Origin: Acaryochloris marina MBIC11017
Lineage (GTDB): Bacteria; Cyanobacteriota; Cyanobacteriia; Thermosynechococcales; Thermosynechococcaceae
DNA: 32,000 nt
Assembly (NCBI RefSeq): GCF_000018105.1
Contig: NC_009932.1
Location: 123,111 to 155,110, forward strand
Direction: 5' to 3'
Position numbers and translations under genes: made by a program. Below, piece after piece: positions 26,039 through 32,000 of the stretch (position 1 is its first letter; each line of letters begins with the position of its first letter). The notes under the pieces were generated by a model. The model saw nothing but the letters and a program-made list of their open reading frames with translations, was not told where the DNA came from and searched no databases.

Positions 26039-26748
26039 TAATGCTGTACATCCCTGACTGAACTGAATTGCAAAGGACTTAGCCTACTACAACTTCCAAC
26101 TTTCCTGAGTTCTGACCTTATTGTCACCTAACACCTTATTGACGGCATAAAAACAACGGAAGCTGTGAAATAGAGCTATTTAGTGCATCTGTATTATAGT
26201 CTTACTTCTATGCCGCTTTAATGTAGAAACTGTTGCCCTCTTACCTCCCCCAGCAACCCTGAAAACACCCCATCACCTCTTCTTGAAGATCCTTCCAGTT
26301 ATCGTCGTACCACATCACCGTTTCTGGTTTCACTTGGCATGAGAGCTGCCCCACAAACCCCGTGGCGAGTTGTTGAGGGGGAGAGTAACGGTAAATATAG
26401 TTAACTTTTACATCAATATTTTAAGTTGGCCCAGTCTGTGCAATGGTTAAGCATATATACGGGTAGGGTCTCTATAGCTATCGCATCAAGTGTATTCCCC
26501 AGACTGAATCTTTAACGCAAAATCACCCATACTAACGGCGTCTTGCCAGAAATGCGGTCGGTTCCAAGCGTGTTCCCCCTCCGTTTTCTCCGGAACCTTC
26601 TGCTGAATTGAGTCTCAGTTCCGGCTCGGATATCGGGCCGCTTATCCGCAATTGTTCTTGTCGCAGGTCCATGAAGATGGCTGGCGGATTGGCCTGGGTT
26701 GACCTGTAGTGGTTTCGCTCTACTTGCTTATCTCTTCATCAATGACCT

Positions 26749-29700
26749 ATGAAATTTCAGTTTCCACCGCTTCTGTCAGTTGAGAATAGTCAACGTCTCG
26801 TCATCATTGATCCCACGATCGATGCACCGCAGCATTTGATCAATGGCGTTTTACCGGGGACAAGTGTCGTCGTGCTGGACCCCCAGCAAAAGAGTGTCCC
26901 CCAAATTACCAAGGCGTTGCAGGCTCATGCGCCGATTGTAGAACTGCATTTGGTGAGTCATGGGGCACCGGGACAGGTGCAGTGGGGCAATGGGCCGCTG
27001 ACACTAGCAAACTTGGGGGAATATGCGGCTGAGCTACAGCAGTGGCGGTCTCTGCTAGGGGAAGCAGCAGCGGTCTTTTTTTATGGGTGTCAGGTGGCTG
27101 CTGGGGAGCTGGGCCAACAATTTGTGCAACGGCTGAGTCAACTGCTGGGGACGGGGATTGCGGCCAATAAGAGTGTTACAGGCAGTGCTGCGATGGGGGG
27201 AAATTGGGATTTGTCCTATGAGCAGTCCCCTGCATGGTCATCCCATCGTTTATCCACTCTGTTGCCATTTACAGCTACAACGCTCTACACCTACCCTGCC
27301 CATCTCGCTGTGGACTTTAGCATTCAATCCACCTTTGCGGCGGGTACTAACCCTGCCTCCGTCAGCCTGGGAGACTTTAATGGCGATAGCCAACCCGACT
27401 TGGTAACGGCGAACATCTTGATCAACAACGTCTCGGTTCTCTTAGGGGATGGCTCAGGCGGATTCTCTAGCCAAACCACCTTTGCAGCAGGTACTTTCCC
27501 TAACTCCGTCAGTGTGGGCGACTTTAATGGCGATAGCCTAGCTGACCTGGCGGTGGCAAACCAAATTAGCAACAACGTCTCCGTACTCTTGGGGGATGGC
27601 TCAGGCGGATTCTCTAGCCAAACCACCTTTGCGGCAGGAAGTCGCCCTTTCTCCGTCAGCATAGGCGACTTTAATGGCGATAGCCTAGCCGACCTGGCGG
27701 TGGCAACCCCCGCTAGCAACAACGTCTCGGTTCTCTTAGGGGATGGCTCAGGCGGATTCTCTAGCCAAACCACCTTTGCGGTGGGTATTACCCCTTTCTC
27801 CGTCAGCGTAGGCGACTTTAATGGCGATAGCCAACCTGACTTAGTAACGGCAAACTTCGATAGCAACAACGTCTCGGTTCTCTTAGGGGATGGCTCCAGC
27901 GGATTCTCTAGCCAAACCACCTTTGCAGCGGGTACTAACCCTTCATCTGTCAGTGTGGGTGACTTTAATGGCGATAGCCAAGCCGACTTGGTGACGGCAA
28001 ACAACGGTAGCAACAACGTCTCGGTTCTCTTAGGGGATGGCTCAGGCGGATTCTCTAGCCAAACCACATTTGCGGTGGGCACTGACCCTTTCTCCGTCAG
28101 CGTAGGCGACTTTAATGGCGATAGCCAAGCTGACCTAGTAACGATGAACTTCGCTAGCAATAACGTCTCCGTGCTCTTAGGGAATGGTTCGGGTGGATTC
28201 TCTAGCCAAACCACCTTTGCAGCGGGTACTAACCCTGCCTCCATCAGCGTGGGCGACTTTAATGGTGACAGCCAGGCCGACCTGGCGGTGGCGAACAGCA
28301 GTAGCAACAATGTCTCTGTTCTTCTTAATACCACACCCATCGACCATGCAATTAGCGTGGATACCCCACAGATTATCGAGGGGGATAGCGGTAGTCAAAC
28401 CCTCACCTTTACTGTTACTCGCTCTAGATTTATCGGCAGTGTCAGCAGTGTTGACTTTACCATTGCCGGAACCGCCATCAACGGGAGCGACTTTACTAAC
28501 ATCGGCGGGACGAGTGGGGCAACCACAACTTCAGGCACTATTAACTTCGCCGCTGGAGAAACCAGTAAAACCATCACCCTTGATGTCTTGGGTGATACCA
28601 ACTTTGAGCCTCAAGAAACGATTGCCATTACCCTGAGCAATGCCACAGCGGCTGTCAACACCACGATTAGCACTGCCACCGCCACCAGTACTATTCTCAA
28701 CGATGAACTCTTTGCAGACTTTAGTGTTCAATCCACTTTTGCAGCAGGAATTCGCCCTAGCTCCGTCAGCGTGGGTGACTTTAATGGCGATAGCCTAGCT
28801 GACCTGGCGGTGGCGAACGACGGTAGCAACAACGTCTCCGTTTTCTTAGGGGATGGCTCGGGTGGATTCTCTAGCCAAACCACATTTGCAGCAGGAAGTC
28901 GTCCTTTCTCCGTCAGCGTGGGCGATTTTAATGGCGATAGCCAAGCTGACCTGGTGACAGCGAACTTAATTAGCAGCAACGTCTCCGTTCTTTTAGGGAA
29001 TGGCTCGGGTGGATTTTCCAGCCAAACCACTTTTGCAGTGGGTACTAACCCTCGCTCCGTCAGCGTGGGCGATTTTAATGGCGATAGCCAAGCTGACCTG
29101 GCGGTGGCGAACATCGGTAGCACCAACGTCTCGGTTCTCTTAGGGGATGGCTCGGGTGGATTTTCTAGCCAAACCACCTTTGCGACTGAAAATAGTCCTA
29201 TCTCCGTCAGCGTGGACGACTTTAATGGCGATAGCCAAGCTGACCTGGCGGTGGCGAACAATAGTAGTAACAACATCTCGGTCCTTTTAGGGGATGGCTC
29301 AGGCGGATTTTCTAGCCAAACCACTTTTGCGGTGGGTACTAACCCTCGCTCCGTCAGCGTGGGTGACTTTAATGGCGATAGCCAAGCCGACCTGGCGGTG
29401 GTGAACGGCAGTAACAACATCTCGGTTCTCTTAGGGGATGGCTCGGGTGGATTTTCTAGCCAAACCACTTTTGCGGTGGGTACTAACCCTCGCTCCGTCA
29501 GCGTGGACGACTTTAATGGCGATAGCCAAGCCGACCTGGCGGTGGTGAACTTCGTTAGCAACAACATCTCGGTTCTCTTAGGGGATGGCTCAGGCGGATT
29601 TTCTAGCCAAACCACCTTTGCGACTGGGATTGATCCTATCTCCGTCAGCGTGGGCGATTTTAATGGCGATGGCCAAGCCGAAATTGCAGTGGCGAACTAC

Positions 29701-31449
29701 AGTAGCAACAACGTCTCCATCCTCAGCTCAAATACTACCCTGGTGGCCTTGGATAGCTCCCGCAACCTGGTGATCACTGATCGCTCCAACGCCAAAGACG
29801 ACAATCTTACCCTCACCACGGATGGCACCAATTTCACCCTTACTGACCCCAACAATCTTCTCACCCATGTCATTTCTGGGGCCACGGGTAACGCCACAAA
29901 CAACATTACAGTTCCTACAACTTTAGTCACAGGTCCTCAACTTTTCATCAATACGGGCGGAGGCAACGATATCGTCTCCGGCAGCAGCCAATCAGAAACC
30001 ATCAATGGGGGGTTGGGAGCTGATCTCCTCAATGGCGGAGCTGGTGATGATGTCCTCACCGATGGAGCCAGTAATGGCACTGTCAATCCCAATGCCGCCG
30101 CTGTTGACCCCTCCCGGGTAGCGACCACCGCCTTTACCTCAACGAGTGGCTGGTCCAATGACACCCTATTTCCCCGTCAAATCGCCGATGTCAATGGCGA
30201 TAATCGGGCCGATATCATTGGCTTTGGCAATAGCTCCGTCGCTGTGGCTTTGGGACAAGCCGATGGTACTTTTGGCACCGCCTTTACCGCTACCACGGCC
30301 TTTGCTCGCACCACAGGCTGGACGAATGAAGACCAGTTTGCTCGACGCTTAGCGGATGTCAACAACGATGGATTTGCGGATATCATTGGCTTTGGCAATA
30401 GCTCCGTCGCGGTGGCTTTGGGACAAGCCGATGGCACCTTTGGCACCGCCTTTACCGCTACCACAGCCTTTACTCGCACCACAGGCTGGACGAATGAAGA
30501 CCAGTTCGCTCGACGCTTAGCGGATGTCAACAACGATGGATTTGCGGATATCATTGGCTTTGGCAATAGCTCCGTCGCGGTGGCTTTGGGACAAGCCGAT
30601 GGCACCTTTGGCACCGCCTTTACCGCTACCACAGCCTTTACTCGCACCAGTGGTTGGACCAGTGAAGACCTCTTTTCTCGTCATGTGGCCGATGTAAATG
30701 GCGATGGTCGAGCCGATATTATTGGCTTTGGCAATAGCTCCGTCGCGGTGGCTTTGGGACAAGCCGATGGTACCTTTGGCACCGCCTTTACCGCTACCAC
30801 GGCCTTTGCTCGCACCAGTGGTTGGACCAGTGAAGACCTCTATCCTCGACAAGTAGCCGATATAAACGGCGATGGTCAAGCCGATATTATTGGTTTTGGT
30901 CGTAGTGCTGTGGCGGTGGCCTTGGGACAAGCCGATGGCACCTTTTGGACAGCCACGGTGGTCAATCAAGGCTCAACAGCCAATCCCGATTTTACGGTGG
31001 CGGGTGGCTTTAACAGTGCAAATGCCAATCCTCGCTTTGTGGCGGATGTGGCAGGGAATGGTCAGGCCGATATTATTGGCTTTGGCAATAACCAAGTCAG
31101 AGTTGCCAATGTGGTAGCGGTCAATGACAGTCTGCTTGGGGGGGCAGGGAATGACCGTCTGGTCGGAGGAGCGGGCAATGATTTACTGACAGGAGGTGCG
31201 GATGCGGATAGGTTTGTGTTTGATGCCAATGCGGCGGTGAGTGGGATTAACCGGATTACAGACTTTAATGCAGTGGAGGGGGATCGACTGGAGATTACCC
31301 AAGCGGCCTTTGGGATTACGAATCTGAGTGAGATTACCTTCAATGCAACAACGGGGGAGCTATTCGTGGCAGGGACTTACAACAATACCTTGGCGATTTT
31401 CACGGGTCAGTCAGGGTTTGATGTGAATACCCACATCACGCTGGTGTAA
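26749..31449 (+). CDS. giant secreted repeat protein: DUF4347 - 7x FG-GAP/VCBS - Calx-beta - 7x FG-GAP/VCBS - RTX-like - 6x 56-aa FG-GAP-like - RTX nonapeptides
   Basis: DUF4347 signature: LVIIDPTID..VVVLDP..ELHLVSHGAPGQVQWG..FFYGCQVAAGELGQQFVQRLSQLLG..IAANKSVTGSAAMGGNWDL. 49-aa units: FAAGT.P.SVSVGDFNGDSQADL.VAN..SNNVSVLLGDGSGGFSSQTT. Calx-beta-like: IEGDSGSQTLTFTVTRS..GTAINGSDF..INFAAGETSKTITLDVLGD. RTX-like: GGLGADLLNGGAGDDVL and GGAGNDRLVGGAGNDLLTGGADADRFVF. Confidence 0.92.
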   Translation: MKFQFPPLLSVENSQRLVIIDPTIDAPQHLINGVLPGTSVVVLDPQQKSVPQITKALQAHAPIVELHLVSHGAPGQVQWGNGPLTLANLGEYAAELQQWRSLLGEAAAVFFYGCQVAAGELGQQFVQRLSQLLGTGIAANKSVTGSAAMGGNWDLSYEQSPAWSSHRLSTLLPFTATTLYTYPAHLAVDFSIQSTFAAGTNPASVSLGDFNGDSQPDLVTANILINNVSVLLGDGSGGFSSQTTFAAGTFPNSVSVGDFNGDSLADLAVANQISNNVSVLLGDGSGGFSSQTTFAAGSRPFSVSIGDFNGDSLADLAVATPASNNVSVLLGDGSGGFSSQTTFAVGITPFSVSVGDFNGDSQPDLVTANFDSNNVSVLLGDGSSGFSSQTTFAAGTNPSSVSVGDFNGDSQADLVTANNGSNNVSVLLGDGSGGFSSQTTFAVGTDPFSVSVGDFNGDSQADLVTMNFASNNVSVLLGNGSGGFSSQTTFAAGTNPASISVGDFNGDSQADLAVANSSSNNVSVLLNTTPIDHAISVDTPQIIEGDSGSQTLTFTVTRSRFIGSVSSVDFTIAGTAINGSDFTNIGGTSGATTTSGTINFAAGETSKTITLDVLGDTNFEPQETIAITLSNATAAVNTTISTATATSTILNDELFADFSVQSTFAAGIRPSSVSVGDFNGDSLADLAVANDGSNNVSVFLGDGSGGFSSQTTFAAGSRPFSVSVGDFNGDSQADLVTANLISSNVSVLLGNGSGGFSSQTTFAVGTNPRSVSVGDFNGDSQADLAVANIGSTNVSVLLGDGSGGFSSQTTFATENSPISVSVDDFNGDSQADLAVANNSSNNISVLLGDGSGGFSSQTTFAVGTNPRSVSVGDFNGDSQADLAVVNGSNNISVLLGDGSGGFSSQTTFAVGTNPRSVSVDDFNGDSQADLAVVNFVSNNISVLLGDGSGGFSSQTTFATGIDPISVSVGDFNGDGQAEIAVANYSSNNVSILSSNTTLVALDSSRNLVITDRSNAKDDNLTLTTDGTNFTLTDPNNLLTHVISGATGNATNNITVPTTLVTGPQLFINTGGGNDIVSGSSQSETINGGLGADLLNGGAGDDVLTDGASNGTVNPNAAAVDPSRVATTAFTSTSGWSNDTLFPRQIADVNGDNRADIIGFGNSSVAVALGQADGTFGTAFTATTAFARTTGWTNEDQFARRLADVNNDGFADIIGFGNSSVAVALGQADGTFGTAFTATTAFTRTTGWTNEDQFARRLADVNNDGFADIIGFGNSSVAVALGQADGTFGTAFTATTAFTRTSGWTSEDLFSRHVADVNGDGRADIIGFGNSSVAVALGQADGTFGTAFTATTAFARTSGWTSEDLYPRQVADINGDGQADIIGFGRSAVAVALGQADGTFWTATVVNQGSTANPDFTVAGGFNSANANPRFVADVAGNGQADIIGFGNNQVRVANVVAVNDSLLGGAGNDRLVGGAGNDLLTGGADADRFVFDANAAVSGINRITDFNAVEGDRLEITQAAFGITNLSEITFNATTGELFVAGTYNNTLAIFTGQSGFDVNTHITLV
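27334..28330 (+). repeat. 7 tandem 147-bp (49-aa) FG-GAP/VCBS coding repeats, block 1
   Basis: I counted seven successive units starting FA(A/V)G..P.S(V/I)S(V/L/I)GDFNGDS. Confidence 0.85.
28738..29730 (+). repeat. 7 tandem 147-bp (49-aa) FG-GAP/VCBS coding repeats, block 2
   Basis: Seven units with the same consensus as block 1, following the Calx-beta-like segment (about 28339-28706). Confidence 0.85.
30127..31110 (+). repeat. about 6 tandem 168-bp (56-aa) coding repeats (..ADVNGDG.ADIIGFGNSSVAVALGQADGTFGTAFTATTAF.RT.GW..ED.F..)
   Basis: The period was measured directly: gcctttgctcgcacc at 30298 and gcctttactcgcacc at 30466. Units 30298-30465 and 30466-30633 differ at only 2 of 168 nt by my alignment. 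Confidence 0.85.
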
Positions 31450-31530
31450 GCCTGGGGTTTGGCTGCGAAAAGCTGGGATTCATTCCCTGACTTGGTTTAA
31501 AGACTGGAGGGTTTTTGAAATCCTGTATAG

Positions 31531-31805
31531 TCAATCCTTTGCACTCCTGCCTAAAAATACCAGCTTCGCTATCGCCCCCTCAACCTGTTCATCGTTCACC
31601 TCTAATTGTCGCCTATCAGTGCTGCAAGCGTTCTATGCCCCGATATTCGCTGAATATGCTTCGTTGGCACACCAGCGTTATGCATCCGCGTCAGTGCTGT
31701 GCGTCTAAAACTGTGAGTACTAAACCCTTCCAGTCCCACCCCAGCAAAAGCTTGCCTCAAGATTCGGTCTGCTGAACTCACACGTATATAACCCTCTTTT
31801 ATCAC
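31531..31805 (-). pseudogene. second tyrosine-recombinase remnant (C-terminal ~80 aa only, frameshifted)
   Basis: ..YIRVSSADRILRQAFAGVGLEGFSTHSFRRTALTRMHNAGVPTKHIQRISGHRTLAAL.. is near-identical to the 18088..18366 product. The C-terminal LEVNDEQVEGAIAKLVF is readable only in a shifted frame. Homology stops abruptly near 31795. Confidence 0.8.
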
Positions 31806-31806
31806 T

Positions 31807-31998
31807 TTAGACAGAGAGAAAATCAGGATGCTTGAGCAATTTCCTCACCAGTGGACAGCAAAATGCCTCCATCTTTGATGTGAGTTGCTCAAACCCCTTT
31901 TTCAAAGCACGGCTGGGAAAGACTTCTAACCAGCGCTTTAGAAGATTCCAACTGATTAACGGTTGAATGATCAAGCGCACATTATTGAGCAGATTCTT
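31807..31998 (-). CDS. 3' end of an unidentified ORF running off the right edge of the window
   Basis: The minus-strand frame is open from the window edge to a TAA at 31807-31809 and encodes ..KNLLNNVRLIIQPLISWNLLKRWLEVFPSRALKKGFEQLTSKMEAFCCPLVRKLLKHPDFLSV. It abuts the truncation point of the integrase remnant. No family recognised. Confidence 0.25.
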   Translation of the reverse strand, partial: KNLLNNVRLIIQPLISWNLLKRWLEVFPSRALKKGFEQLTSKMEAFCCPLVRKLLKHPDFLSV

Positions 31999-32000
31999 CC

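Noticed and set aside
27334-31110. Regularly spaced repeats that could be mistaken for a CRISPR array.
   Set aside because: The units are 147 or 168 bp, contiguous, and have no unique spacers or short palindromic repeats. All lie in one long ORF encoding recognisable protein repeats. No cas genes are present.
27324-31343. Long antisense or alternative-frame ORFs inside the giant repeat gene (27324..28340, 28728..29615, 30177..30647, 30517..30969, 28184..28636, 31062..31343 and others).
   Set aside because: They are themselves periodic with the same 147/168-bp period. This is expected from a repetitive, stop-poor coding sequence read in other frames. The plus-strand frame has clear domain signatures (DUF4347, FG-GAP, Calx-beta, RTX).

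Overview
The window looks like a cyanobacterial chromosomal segment. Supporting content: two cyAbrB-type regulators, a DUF29 protein, pentapeptide-repeat and WD40-repeat proteins, and a DUF4347/FG-GAP giant protein. G+C is about 50% in the 60-nt lines I counted, with three sharply AT-rich islets. Layout, left to right: (1) About 0.25-8.8 kb is a cryptic phage- or mobile-element-like cassette. An XRE regulator plus DUF29 is transcribed divergently from a tightly packed plus-strand operon. That operon holds DUF6876-like, PAPS-reductase-family and DUF4326 genes, an HNH endonuclease broken by an in-frame TAG, and many orphans. No integrase or structural genes are present. Paralogous small zinc-ribbon genes sit on either side of the wider 0.25-9.46 kb stretch. 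(2) Housekeeping and SOS genes follow: yidD, a VOC/bleomycin-resistance-like protein, and umuDC. (3) At 13.3-18.1 kb lies the most interesting locus. A trypco2-like small gene is divergent from a 1037-aa caspase(C14)-nSTAND NTPase-TM-pentapeptide protein. An AT-rich pentapeptide/K+-channel fusion gene lies downstream of trypco2. I read this as a candidate NTPase-gated conflict (abortive-infection-type) module. (4) Two degraded tyrosine-recombinase remnants form direct repeats at 18.08 and 31.53 kb and bracket about 13.4 kb. That segment holds a 1234-aa STAND(NB-ARC-like)-14xWD40 protein with a tandemly duplicated Walker A, an AT-rich orphan islet, a cyAbrB regulator, and a 1566-aa DUF4347 / 2x7 FG-GAP / Calx-beta / RTX giant repeat protein. 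No rRNA, tRNA or CRISPR array was recognised. All family assignments are motif recognition by eye, not database searches.
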